DNA of 64,000 bases from Lepidodermella squamata (lineage: Eukaryota > Animalia > Gastrotricha). Positions 13,762 through 26,885 of this stretch are shown one piece after another (the first letter of the stretch is position 1; every line of letters starts with the position of its first letter). The stretch covers positions 1,612,001-1,676,000 of the forward strand of contig JBLDXI010000042.1 of the NCBI GenBank assembly GCA_047495785.1, in the 5' to 3' direction. The translations under genes were made by a program, and so were the position numbers. The notes under the pieces were generated by a model. That model ran no database searches. It had not been told where the DNA came from and saw only the letters and a list, made by a program, of their open reading frames with translations.

Positions 13762-13930
13762 AGGCTAGGATTGCCATCGAGAAACCTTCACATGAATGAG
13801 ACGCTCTACCACTGAGCTATTGCCCCCTTTCCCACCTCGAGGTCTAGGCAAGAAAACCTTGGCGGCGACGGGGGAACATTGGTCAGAGTGGATGCAGAGT
13901 TCATAGTGATAACCGCTACACCATGGGACG
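13762..13930 (-). pseudogene. Decayed tRNA-Ala and tRNA-Gln copies (second tRNA cluster)
   Basis: GAATGAGACGCTCTACCACTGAGCTAT and TAACCGCTACACCAT match the 9984-10210 cluster in the same order. Confidence 0.7.
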
Positions 13931-13998
13931 TCTCGAAAACTGATTTTGAGAAAATCAACGTTAATCCTTGCCAGAAGTGTGCACGTTACTTTAAATTA

Positions 13999-14167
13999 CC
14001 GTAAATACCGAATGACAAGGCAGGGCAGAAATAAAGGGCAGGGGCAGACCACTGCTAAGAATTTAAGGCCTGTTTTGCATTGATCTTGTGCAGGCGAGCA
14101 ATTCAATTTTCTGGAAATATCCTTAGAACAAAATAGAAGACAGTGCCTCATAATTCGGTATTTACGC
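13999..14167. mobile_element. Tc1/pogo-type MITE
   Basis: TA-flanked TIR CCGTAAATACCGAAT / ATTCGGTATTTACGC; absent from the paralogous tRNA cluster. Confidence 0.65.
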
Positions 14168-14194
14168 TATACTTACTTTCAAGGCAAACACGTG

Positions 14195-14266
14195 TGCGTC
14201 AGCCAGGAGTCGAACCCGGATCGGCTGCTTTGAAGGCGACCATGCTAACTGTTGCATCACTGACGC
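14195..14266 (-). tRNA. tRNA-Gly body with TCA anticodon (opal-suppressor-like or pseudogene)
   Basis: GCGTCAG TG ATGC AACAGTTA GCAT G GTCGC CTTCAAA GCAGC CGAT CCGGG TTCGACT CCTGG CTGACGC A. Confidence 0.65.
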
Positions 14267-17200
14267 CTGCTGAAGTTAATGACAGTTCTGCGGTGGCTAA
14301 AACTGGCATAATCAAGATCCAAAAAAGCCAAACCGACGCGCAGATACCGCATCACACTTCCAGCCAGAGCCCCAAATTTTTACACTATCGAAAGGGCTGC
14401 TGAAATGCCAGGTTGCTTCCAAAAACGGTGTACATGTCTGGTTCCGTGGCGATGAAAACACATTCATTGGCACCAGTGTGCGAAAGACCGAGGTTACAGT
14501 GCGAACTGTACCTGTAACCCCGCCTGGAGAGACCTGGAGTGGTCAGTGGCAAGATAACCCAGAAAAACTACAGGGTCAGATGGAATTCGGAGCCGAAACT
14601 ACCCACACCTCGTTTATCATACTTCTTCTACTGATTGGCAACCATTTGGCAACTGGTCTCCAGTAGGCCGATCTGATGAGGTGGAAGCAGTTCAGTAGGT
14701 CCTCAACGCCATCGTCCACAGGTTATGTTAACTCGTTTATCATTAATAATTTTATTAGAATTTATTAGAGTGATAGAATGAGGCTAGGCCATGGCTACCT
14801 GCTTCAAATCAACTCGCCCGCATTCCGACAGGTTAAGCTCGTGTTCCAATAGATTCTTAGTTCGATGGAAACTTGTAGATCCGATAAAGTAGGATGTGGG
14901 TGGCAAAAATCGAAAATGTTCAAATTATCCAAGTTTATTCTAATTTGCAATTGGCTTTCCTACCAGCAATAATATGAGGCTCAATTGCATTTGACCTAAA
15001 TATCTAAAAAATGGCGTTAAAATCGAGGGAAATTTTGTGCGTCGACCAGATTGACCACTTTGTAGACCAACCGCGCGCGCACTTGTAGACCAATATGCGC
15101 GCGCGTCGACCAAAATGAGTGCGCGTGTAGACCAAAATTAGGGCGCGTGTAGACCAAGTAAATACAAGCCGTAAATAGGAGCCAACTATTTATTTTCGCA
15201 ATTTTTGCAACGACAATCGGTAAATTTTTGATTAACAACGATGCAAGGGCATTTTCGACCCTTGCCAACTCGATTAACACAATTTTTGAAGGCTACGACG
15301 AGTTGAAAAACAACTGGCTACCTGTTTTCTCGGGGTCATGCGAGGAAGCCCAGGCTTTCCTTGGTAATAGGGACCCATTTTTTTGGCAACGAGGCGGCGA
15401 GTAGAGAAGAGGTTGTTACGTTGAACCTATATGGTTGTGCTACGGGAGGGCGTCGGCGTAAAAATGTTTTCTCGGCTTGGATGCTAGATCATTTTTTTCT
15501 AAATTATGCGAATAGTTTAATAGAAGATAGCGGCCCGGCGGTCGACGCATCTTTCAATTCCGATCACTTGAAATTAGTCCTATAATAATATCGCAAATTG
15601 CTGATTTCTTAAAAAATCCTAGGATAAGTTGTAGCTGTTGATTTCATACGGGCGCCGCCGTTCACAAAGTCGAAGGAAAAAAGATCCCATGGGTCGAGCA
15701 TTGTTCCTCTATATCACCGCGTAATAGTGAGCGTAACATGCTTGAGTTTATTTTCGCCGGGCGTGAAGAAATTTTCTCTAAGTCAGAATATCAGAATTTC
15801 GGGAGATGGCGCAAAATTGTGACTGCGCATAAGTCCGCTATTCTGCTACCGCCGACAGTTTCCGCTGGTTGCGATGCGCGTCGTGAAATGTGCGCAAAAT
15901 ATGCGACTTTCCGTTTATAAATCTCTGATTTCGTTCACATATTTATTCTCATTATTTAATTACCCAACTTATGATGCAATTAAATTAAATTATGTCATTA
16001 AAAACTCAATCGTTGAAAATTATTTAATATCCTTTCAAAAACTTGATGTAATTAATAATATTAATCGATATAATGAATGAAAAAATTGCATCAAAAAACG
16101 AAATGAATTTTTACGAAAAAAAATAAAAATTAGATAAAAATTATCCGATCATATTTTTAGAAAATATTTTTATTTTTTTTACATTTTTGCGATATATGAA
16201 AAGTATTCGGCTAAAAAACTAAAAAACGGATTTTTGTTCTTTTTTTGCGGTAGTTTCGACACTTTCCATTTTAATTTAAATTTCCCGATGTTATGTTGAC
16301 TGATGAACAGCGTCGATTTTCAGAGCCTGAGATTTCAGTCGGCGGCCGTTACCAATTTTCAAAATTTGTTCAGCAACATTATACGGGTTTCATATACTTG
16401 CTGTATTTTTCTTGTCCAAAAATGCTCCTGCGTGAAGATATCATTTAGTGATCAAATAATATTTTACTTCGGTACGAATTATTCACAGCAATTTTATCGA
16501 GTTATCAAGAGATTTATCAACATCCTGTTATATTTTTTCCAGGTTCAAATATCAACAGAAAAATTGCACCGCAGTGGAGTGGCACGAATTTCATTACAAA
16601 TAGAGAACTTTCAGGAAATTATTGGTTTTGTGTTTTTAAACGCTGTCATCTTTGCCGCGGACTCGAATTGGTTCATGCCAGCAGCATGAGTAGCAGAAAG
16701 TCGCTGGTTTTGATTTTCGTTCAATTTTTCAGATGGCCGAGGCGACAGCTGACTGTCTGAAAAAAATTACTGAAAAAAATTGGATGGAATTTTTTGGCAG
16801 AGGATAATTCTTACGGATTGGCGATGGAATGATCCGAATGACAGCGATGAGCCAAAAATCCTAAGAATGATCCCATCCCTGCGAGATCGAAATAAATCGC
16901 CCTAATATTTGCTTTCGGCAGTAATTTCCTGCCATCAGCCGAGGGTGTTCTATGCTGATTTCTTCGCCGGAGATGGGCGATCAATTTGGTGCCTGGCTGG
17001 CGAAATTTACACGAATGTTCTCATTAATTGTTTGCGTGAATGACTTTGTGAAATTTTTTCCTTACGCATTATTCAGAGCTGTTATTCTGCGCGAGACAGG
17101 CGAAAAAACGTAGAATGAATTAATAAAATGTGCAATCTTTGCGGTGGAAAATTATTATCAGAAGCCTGTGAAAACAAGGCTTAAGTTGTCTTTAATTTTT

Positions 17201-19198
17201 CACAACGATAATAGCGCGCGCAGGGTGTTTTATTTATCGTATACCTGCGGCTTAAAAGTGTGATATCCGAAAAAATTTGCCATTCAACGCGATCTCTCGC
17301 GTTAGTTACCTCTTATTAAAATTTAAAATAATTCGTAATTTTAGTACTTCACTTGAGGACTTCGGGACCTGAATAAATTAATTTTTATCAAAGTTCTCAA
17401 ATTTTGGATAATTTTGGCTTTGTTTAAAACGAGTAACCTTACACGTGACCGAGTGGTCGATGCTTTCGTTAAACGTTCAGCCTTATTTTTTTAAATATGA
17501 CTCATTTTGGCGGTAATTTACAAGGAGAGAATTTTCAATAAACTAAAAAAAAAAACGAAAACGGAAATTAAATTTTTCGAATTCGCTTATTTGCGTAATC
17601 GTAATCTGTCCGAAAAATGCGCTAAATTAGACACTGCGTTAACGAGGGACGCCAACCCCCGGCACTGGTTAAAAAACGACGAATATCTTATTTCAAAAAC
17701 AAAAAATGTGACTAAAATCATCTGACATGACGATATCAATTTTTCTCGAGTTCCCCGAGTTCGATTTCTTCCGTAGGGGCAAACCCCTTTTATGCACCCT
17801 ATTTTGCCCCTTGAACCGGCAGAATTTTACGGTGAAAGATTCATGGCGATGCGAGTAGTCTCTTTTTTACTGTAATTTTTTGAAAATATGAAAAAGCAAG
17901 TCGCCAGGTTTCAGTCAGTTTTGGTTGTCGGATGAAAAAACACATCGGTCGGATGTAAAAAGTTTTCCCCGCTCGCAAATTTTTGCGAGGTTGATAAATG
18001 GAGCAGAAAAAAATGGGGAAATCCCGCCCCCTGGAGGAAGAAATTTATTACTAGCCGAAAATGTATATATCCATCTCTAATAAATTTGCCGGAGATAAAA
18101 AAAGCGCTATACAGTTGAGAGCATGATTTCGGTGAAATTTTGTTGCTGTTTCGAGCGGGGCGAGGCTTTGAACAGGCCAAAAAAATGGAAATCATTTAAA
18201 CTGATGAACTAATAATGATGGATGAAACGTGGCAACATTTTCAAATACCTGATATGCAGCTGTTAGGGATGGAAGGAGAAGAAAAAACATCGAACTTTAT
18301 GTATTAGCCGATATAATTCGACCGATAAAAATCGATGTTTAGGCGCGGTACTAGGTTCCTGGCAGTATTAAGTTTCCCCATATTACCAGCCCGGAAAAAA
18401 ATAGATTTGGGTATGAATGGAGATCGCGCCTGGAGAACACATGAAAAATAGTGTTTTCATTGCTACGGCACAGTTACTAAATATTGGGGGAAAAGCCCGA
18501 ATTTCTTAGGAAAATAAGAGGAAAATGAGTGACAATTTTTTTGAATTGAACTAGAACTAGTTGTTCGCAAAGGGTGTTCACGTTACGGAACAACTAGCAC
18601 TTTAAATGCGAGTTTTTCCGCAGCGTGATAGAGTGAGTGAAGAATGTGTACAAAATACGGAAAAATACTGCCCGAAAAGAATGTAAAATGAGAGACAAAG
18701 TCTAATCGTTACGGCACCCTCGCAATAACAGGCTTTTTAGGTGACGTCATAGGCATGTGGAACGATTATTGTGATTTGTTGTATAATCTGGACACGTAAT
18801 GAGGCGATCTCGGCTTTCTTATGGGTGGTTATTTTTAGAAAAAAATCCGATTTGCCGGTGTGGCGAAAAATGACGAAAAAGCGAAACGAGCCCCGGTCCA
18901 TTTACGTAGATTCGAAAATCTATATTACTAAACGACGAAAGTCCTCAACGGCTAAATTTGAATTTTCCTTTGTATTCGGCGGCATGCTTAAATAGTATAC
19001 TTCTACTCACTGGGTAGCCAAGTGCTTAGTGTCATTAGATAGAGAATAAAAAACTACTCGAGCGAAAAATGCCAGATTTCGAATCGGTCAAATCCGCAGT
19101 GTCAAAAATGCCAAAAAACAAATAGAGCGCTTTCTGATTTTGAACGCAATTTAATTTAAAATACGAAAACATTTTTAAACTCTTAGTTAATTACTAAA

Positions 19199-20067
19199 TC
19201 AAATTCTTATTAATTAAAATTTAAATATTTTCCATGGCGACGCGTTTGCGGGGAAATTCAAAAATTCCGGTCGCCGGGCGCCGCGTCGCCTGACCTTTGG
19301 GGTTCCATTATCTCAACCAAGGACACGTCCACGGGGTCGGGGCATGGTAAATTCGTGCTCAGCATGGTCGAATTGATAATTACAGCATGAGAAAAGCAAA
19401 TAAATCGAAAAAAATTAATTATGTTGATCTCATGCATTGTCGTCACTATTCACAGGTACCATGATGGAAGACGCTCTAGATGTTACTCCTTGAGGGCGAA
19501 TGGCGACTTTTAAAAGCTTTTACTACTGCTTTTCTTACTTAGATTTGTTGATTTCGTAGAAATAGATAGTTAATTAGTATTTTCACATCTCATGAACGTC
19601 CTTTGCAAGATGTTGGATGTTCATGTTACGCATCCCTTTTAGGTTTAACCTCACTCATCCATTGCAAGATCTTCTGAGACTGGCTCAGGTCTGTAGAGCA
19701 TCTACCAAGATCATTTGATTAATGAATCAACTATGCTGAGTAAGAAAAACAACAGTAAAACCTTCGGGGAGTAATCCATCACCTCAAGGACTGAACTAAT
19801 TCGACTTAGCCATGTTACAAGTGTTCTTGCCTGTGCATGAATCAGATATGCTAACCCTTTCATATATTCACATTTCTATCTGGGCTTTCTAATCAAATCG
19901 ACCATGTTGATGACGAATCTTACGTGCGCTAACCTCAGGGACGTGTCTTTAGTTGAGATTTTAGAACCCATCAGTGTAGTCGACGTAGTACCAGTGATCC
20001 GAAATTTGAGAAATTCCACGGTGAGTATACATTGGCGCCCGCTTAGCGGGCGCCTGTTATTTACTAG
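19199..20067 (+). mobile_element. Non-autonomous Helitron-like element (5' end uncertain)
   Basis: 3' hairpin GGCGCCCGC-TTA-GCGGGCGCC (20034-20054), then CTAG|T (20064-20068); internal diverged ~150-bp inverted repeats. Confidence 0.65.
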
Positions 20068-20842
20068 TAATCAACTAAATTACTATCTGTTTTTCGCCTG
20101 GTTGTCATTACTGCTTTTTTATCCGAATCTTAAATAAGGATCATCCTAAATTATTCCAGTCTCGCAAAAGTTGAGGGAAAAATTACATGAATTGTCTGCC
20201 AATTTAAAAAAAACTCGACATTAATACTTGCGATTCACAACAGTACAAACTGTATACGAGGTCGAAATATCAGTAATCAATTAATTCCCCTAATAATATC
20301 AAATAAAGCCGAATAACTCGCAAGGGAAATTAAAATTTTAAAATTTGAAATTAAAAAAATCACGCCTATATACAAGATTGCATTTGCGCTGCGAAAATTT
20401 TTCAATTTCATGACGCTTTCTTTCATTAGTTGTATATTTTAATGAAACACGTGGTATCATAAAACTATGGTACATAAGTAACTGATTGTTTGTGGCCCTA
20501 GATAGCACTTGAATATCTTGAAAATCGGATTGCTGTTTCTTTATAACGCCTTTATAATAACTAAATGTCAAACAAAAATTCTCGCCAAAAGAAGGAAGAA
20601 TTCGCCAACACTCGTCTACCTCAGATCACATCTCAAGGCCGAATGATAGCTTTTAAGCTAGAGTATAACCATCAGCTGACTTTTGGACCGGTAAATATAT
20701 TTTCAAAGGGCTATTTTGCGATATTTATTTATATCAAATGGGGGGAAAAGGGGAAAGGCTATTCAATTTTGACAAGATTATTTATTCGCTATTAAGATTG
20801 TATTCATTTTTCCTTAACATATTATTATGTCAAAAATTATAG

Positions 20843-21241
20843 GAATGCGATGTGTATAATTTCGATTGCGAAGACGCGCCAACTGTTCCCACGAAAGTTG
20901 TCCAGCACGAGCATGTGGCGGAGCTGACCGAGGCTCACAAGGATCGCCTGCACAAGCAGGTGCGTTGCATCCCCTGCTATGACCGGCTAAGGCTCGATCT
21001 TGGCTTCTCTGCAGAGGAGGCGGGCAAAAAATGTCGCAAGGCGACGAAGCGGTGCGTCACTTGTCCCGGAAGGCCGGGCATTTGCCGCCAATGCTGGCCG
21101 TACATCGAAAATCACGGCGGGGTGAGTGGGCCAGCGGAACCGGGGCCAGCGGAGTCAGGAGAACCAGTCCAACCAGTGGACAAGATGGAAGAAGATCGCG
21201 GAATTTCCTTGGAGCGACTTTTTGCCTTATGCGACGATTAA
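20843..21241 (+). CDS. Terminal exon encoding a piggyBac-type C-terminal cysteine-rich domain
   Basis: AG acceptor at 20841-20842; H..RCIPCY..KATKRCVTCPGRPGICRQCW..H pattern; no upstream DDD core recognised. Confidence 0.6.
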   Translation, partial: ECDVYNFDCEDAPTVPTKVVQHEHVAELTEAHKDRLHKQVRCIPCYDRLRLDLGFSAEEAGKKCRKATKRCVTCPGRPGICRQCWPYIENHGGVSGPAEPGPAESGEPVQPVDKMEEDRGISLERLFALCDD

Positions 21242-22356
21242 TTCTTGTTATAATCAAATCGCGTACATATATATGTACGAGCAGGGTCACTCTATTATTA
21301 TTATTATTATGTGATGATTAGGCCCAAAAAAGCAAAGAAATTAAATGCAGAATAGTTTCACCTTGAGTTAACAATTCAAACTTAGTACGGCAGGTATTCG
21401 GCAAGAAATTCCAGTTTAAACCTCAGATTTTTATGCAAATTCAACTTAGCCATATAAAATGAAGAACAATTATACTAGTTTGCTGATGCTTATAAATTAC
21501 CTGTTCGCCGCTTTGAACGAAATAAATAATAAAAATCTTATCATCGCCTAAGAAAAAAAGTCGTTCTAAATAAATCCCGCGATCTTCTTCCTTGTTATGG
21601 TTTGGTGATAAAAACAAAAATCGTTGAGCGAATTGGCCTGAATTAATGTTGCAAAAAATAAATGTGCCTAATCGAAGGTATAAGCCCAAAATCTAACGTA
21701 TTAAATCACTGAAAATAATTTGGTGAAACTTGTGGAGAAAAATATATCGACAACAAGTGAGAGGAAATATTAAACAATTAAAATAATTTTAATTTGAAAA
21801 TACTAAACAATTTAAAAATAATTTTGGAGACAGTGATAGTAAGAGTTATCAAAATTGCGAAATTGTACGTTGATATAGGGAACCCCCAGCTCCAGTTCGA
21901 AAACAAGGAGAAACCCCGGCTTTAAAATCTTCCTAGTTAGTTGTTTTTCAGCATGCAAAATTCAGATTATTCTACAAAAATTTCAATTTCTTCAATTTAA
22001 TAGCACGTGATTGAAACGTGAAATAGCGCGCCGTTATAAGTGCAAGAGAACAGCAAGAGAGGCTAGGTATAAATTTCTTAACGCCCAGAAAATGTGCCAT
22101 ATTCAATTAAAGGATTTTTTATATTAAAAAATTAAACGCCGGTGCGGGTTCCCTGTAACGTGAGATTCGTTGTTATTCCCCTGCGTTAAATAAATTTGGT
22201 ACTTTTTCTTATCATGTGTCTCGAACTGGTGGTGCTGGTAGTAGCTGTTTTCAAATTACAGAGCTCTTAGCGTTGCGCAATATAGGCTCGTCCTTTGTGG
22301 CTGATGTTACGTGTTTTAGTGGAGGCAGAGGAATTTTAATATTTTATCTATTTTTG

Positions 22357-22700
22357 GCGTCCTAATTTTCACCATGATATTTGCTGCCTAAAATCGACGC
22401 CGCTCCCGCAAAGTTCATGGCGTTCTCAAAGAGTTCACATTGTTCTCAGACTTCGATTACGCCGTCGCCTTCGCTTGTCCCATTTTCCGCTGATTTTTCA
22501 ATCATAGAAATCTTAAAATTCCACGAAGTGGCTTTCTCTCGCGGAAGAGTTCACATTGTTCTTGGACTTCGATTACGCCGACATTATGCGTCCTAATTTT
22601 CGTCCGATCCCGTGGAAATCGTAAAAATTTTCAACTCGACCGCAGCCTGCATGGAAATCTGAAAAGAGGTCACATTGTTCTAGTCGGTGATTACGTGCAT
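22357..22700. repeat. Degenerate ~118-bp tandem repeat (about 3 units)
   Basis: TCACATTGTTCT..GATTACG recurs near 22430, 22546 and 22665. Confidence 0.6.
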
Positions 22701-22802
22701 ATCTCTATATTTAGCGGCCGATTACGTCTCGTCAAATTTCATCCTGCTTTTATGCGTTGAAATATTTAGGCTTTTATTGTCTGCATGCTGTCTTGTTTCT
22801 CT

Positions 22803-22806
<4 letters not shown>

Positions 22807-22875
<69 letters not shown>
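22807..22875. repeat. (CT)n microsatellite
   Basis: Directly visible. Confidence 0.97.
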
Positions 22876-22877
<2 letters not shown>

Positions 22878-25800
22878 AAGAATATGTCCACGAATTTTAT
22901 TTCTTTAGAGAAGTTTAATAATTATTTTCAACAAAAATTTACAAGGCGCGAATCACCAAATGTATAGGTAACTATGTATAAACGAGGCTGGGAATGCGGG
23001 AGAAATTAAGCGGAAATCAGGGCATATTTGAGCAATTTTAGTAAAATAGCTATTAAAATTACACGCTAATAATATTTAAAGACAACAACAATATCACCCC
23101 AGTCATTATTCCCAGTCTTCAGACCTCGCCAGCGTAGCTTGATTGGAAAAATGCGGCTAATCTTTCGTGGCCATAACGAAAATTCAGCTTCTGTAACCTT
23201 TATCAGATTGAAGAAAGCCTTTTTTCCATCTCGAACGATTTCGCCAACCGATGATGGGTTCTAAGAAACAAAAGGCATCGCGAAAAAATGATTAGTTCCA
23301 TATATAGGCAAATTTGAGGCCAGTAATTTTTTTTAAATTATTTTTAACAATTTAGGGTTTTAATTAAAATTTAAACATTTTTTCATTTATTTCAATTATT
23401 CTAAATAACAGAAAAAAATACCTGGGGTTTATGTCGTGAAAATTTGCGAAGCGGCATTGCACAGAAACACGCCCTGCCTTCAGGTCTGCGCCTTCTAATT
23501 TAGTCGCCGGTTTACTTAGGATCGACGCTATTCGTAGGGCTATTTGATTAATTACAGAATAAATAGGTCGACGTGCTACGGTTGGTAAATTGGGCGGCCG
23601 GGTGTTTTTACGAAGTGCGCGAATGGCCTCTTTCATTTCACCATCGCCATAGTGCGTGGTGCCGAAAAATTGAGGGGAAGGACAGGGTCTCGGGCGTAAA
23701 CTATGTTGGTTTATAACCATGGAGCTGAACAAAATGTATAAAAATCGCAACAAACTTTCAATTTTTGCAAAATATTAGTTTGGCTAGTTCAGTTGAGTTA
23801 ATCGGCGTCAGACTTTCATGCCATTTATATAACCAGCGATTACAAGTCTTGGTGACACGTGCGTGGCAACAACACGTAGTTATGATGGCAATTCCTGTAA
23901 TCAGCCTATAAGAGCATCGCGCCCTAAATTCGGCCACTTCATGAGGTTTTCCCCACTTTGCCAACAATTATATTTTGCCCAATAATTCACATTTTAGTTT
24001 TGATTTTTCTGCCGAATTATGGCCGAAATTTGGACACCAAGTGCTTTACAGCAGTTTTTTGGTCACAGTGGGTGGCCGAATTTACGAGATGGCCGAAATC
24101 AGGGTTGGATAGAGTTTTTGAAGTAGTTATTCTAGCAACAAATCCTATACTTTAATGAGTTACCGTCATTAATTCTTTTTTTGAGGTGGATTTATGAGGT
24201 GAAATCGAGTTAGAAATTGTGAATTTCTACAGTTGAGCATGGGAGACAAAAAGTAAGGAATATATCACATCCTTTTTTATTTCAAAATTCATGAAAAATC
24301 GACGGAAATTGACATTGGGTGTTGATGAGAACAGAGAGAAATAGTTTTCGATAGGACTAGTTCCAGCTTGCATCATTTCAGTTTACGGCATGTCGCTTCT
24401 TAAGGGTACATTCAGTGTAAGCCGGTTTGTAAGACCGCAGCCAGTTAGTCTCCATGTCAACGCATCCACGGAACAATCAGTTGAGCAGTATTCCATTCGG
24501 CGACCAAAATCTAGGAAAATGAAAATTTATTTCGTGAACAATTCAACATCGAATAATTTTAGGTTTTCCGTTCAAATCAAGTATCAATTTGAAATTCAGT
24601 AAAGAAATGAAAAATCGAGACTTCCCAATAGTTATAACCCTATACTTTACGTCAATTAATTCTGAAAACTGATAAATCGCAAGCGTCTCGCTTAGCTGCA
24701 AAGAATATCTCATGCCCGATCGAAGGCAACGACGATCTCAGCCTCGCATGCCGAGGTTGAAGGGGAGTCTCCAAATTTGCAAATAAATCTACCCAATCGC
24801 GTGATTATGATGGGCTTGCCCACAGCCTGACAAGCGACAACATACAAATATCAGTCGGTACCTATAGCAGATACGTCATTTTGACCCTCTACAGGCAAAA
24901 TGGAGAATCACGATGAAAAGCTGGCTCAGTTCTCCTAAATTCCGAACGTAAATGTTAGACCCAGAGTGGAACTCGACGCCAATTCAAATACCCGTCATTT
25001 TGGCTTGAAAAACTCGCAATTAACATCCACTTTTGCAATAATTTCATGAAACCATCCTATGAACTGGGCTCTCAGCCGCATTTCAGTCAACTACCGCGGG
25101 ACGGTCGCTCGAAACATCATTAGTTCTCTCACGATCTACCAAGGATCACCACCAGGATCTGGCGCAAATTACTTTCAATTACTTTCAAACAAAACCGAGA
25201 GAACCCTCGAACAGGGTTACAGCACCATCAGCACTCAAAGCATCGAATGCTAGTGATGGAACAGCCTCACAAGCTTCTTCAAGCTTCTTCAAGCGGAGTC
25301 GTATTTTCGAGGATAGCCCAGCTACGCTGAAGCGAGCGAGGACAAAGTTTCCAGTCTCGGATCCTGAACTTGAAGGTAGGATCCCAAATTTCGGGTTTTT
25401 TCGGTTATTTTTCTCCGCATATTTCCTCACGAGAGAAAAGTAATTCTGACCATGACAGACGAATAGAGCATCCTCAGTTCTATAACCCTAATAGATTTCA
25501 AGCTCCCGGTCGCCACTACTTGGCGGGAATAACGCGTCAAAAACGCAAAAACAGCGCCCCCGACTTACTCGTGGGATTTTACCTCAAACTGTTACCACCT
25601 GTTAATTGAATTTTAGACGTTTATACCTGACGAGACATACAAGTCTCCACTTGAAAATAGTTCGAAAACTTCATTTCACTTTTTTCAAGGCGACTGGGAC
25701 GTATTTTGTTGATATTTTTTTACCGTAGTCATTCTGTAGTACTTGTGGTAAAACTACGGAAAAACTACGGTAGCAATCGTATATTGAAGAATGAAGAATT

Positions 25801-26159
25801 ATTACAAAAATTACCTGATAAAAATTTCGTAGTCAAGTTTGCGCGCCATGGATCTTCCTATCCCTCGGATTACCCGCTTCCTAGACGACCGATGCTCGTT
25901 GTAAACCCGTCGGCTGTTATTCCGCCGCTTCGCTGGCGATGAAACGCTTGCAACTTCGTGCTGATCAGGTTGAAAACGGATTAAACACGTCGAGGCTGTC
26001 GGTTTCGAATTCGGCGAGTTCCGGCGGTTAGACAAGAGTTAAATAACGTGCTTTCGAGTGTCTCATTTTTCGAATAGTTGGTGACTCGCTATTACTTGAC
26101 GTCGATACTGAAGTTGCGATAATTCTTAAATGCGGATCGAGCGTGAACGATGGGAACGA

Positions 26160-26290
26160 TGGGAACACTGAGCCAGTCATTCGTGAAGGAATTCGAGCAA
26201 ATGTCTCCTTTGTACCAGCTTGGCCATAATCGCCGCCAGCGACATCGGAATGAAGCCAGTTCAAATCGCTGTATTACGTTCGTTCATGCG
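26160..26290 (-). pseudogene. Possible integrase zinc-binding (H2C2-like) fragment
   Basis: LNWLHSDVAGGDYGQAGTKETFARI loosely fits IL..H....GH.G...T..RI; degenerate. Confidence 0.3.
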
Positions 26291-26885
26291 AACTGCCTAA
26301 ATACGGAAAAATAAATGAAAATTAGTCAAGTAGTTAATTTCTTTGATTATTATGATTAAAAAAGTGAACCATGTAAATTACGTAAAAACCTACACAGAAA
26401 AATTATTCTGTTTTTAATTTGGACTGTTCTCAGAAAAACACAAAAATAAAAAAATAGCATATCCGAAAATAAAAAAAATTAAGAAAAAAAGAGAAAAAAT
26501 GCTAGGGATGGTATACTATATTTTTTTACGTATTTCGATGAGAAAAACTAGTGATATTGAAATTATGATTTTTACCGCCTCGCTCCCGTCGACATTTAAA
26601 TTTTAAGCGGACAACAGGAAGGGCTGTGATCGCACATAAACAAATTTCCAATAAAAATTTTTTTATATATTAATCATTGACAGTATTATCCTCATCAGCT
26701 CAATAAAACCAACCTTGGCATTATCTTTTTCGCGATGTTATCGGGCAAAAAATCGGGGGTAGTGCTGCGTCTGTCAACATCTACGTCACATGGAAAGCGT
26801 AGCCAATTTTTTTCGCATGAAAATGGTTATTGAGGAAGCGCAAGGGCCAAAAAATCGAGCTTCGTAGAAACCCGAAACTCGAACT

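Noticed and set aside
14195-14266. tRNA-Sec or UGA codon reassignment
   Set aside because: Lacks Sec structure; TGA and TAA are used interchangeably as stops at equivalent positions in the astacin paralogues
15041-15155. Repeat-spacer pattern resembling a CRISPR array
   Set aside because: Repeats are only 8 bp with ~13-bp spacers, there are no cas genes, the context is eukaryotic, and the array is mirrored at the other end of a TSD-flanked element
22687-22967. ORFs with LSLSLS runs
   Set aside because: Translation of the (CT)n microsatellite
24064-24110. CACAGTG heptamer as a possible RSS or Transib end
   Set aside because: No nonamer at 12 or 23 spacing, no partner end, and it lies within a GGCCGAA-motif repeat also seen near 4440-4660
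24680-25380. Exon-like Ser-rich stretch
   Set aside because: Could not build a consistent gene model or recognise a domain
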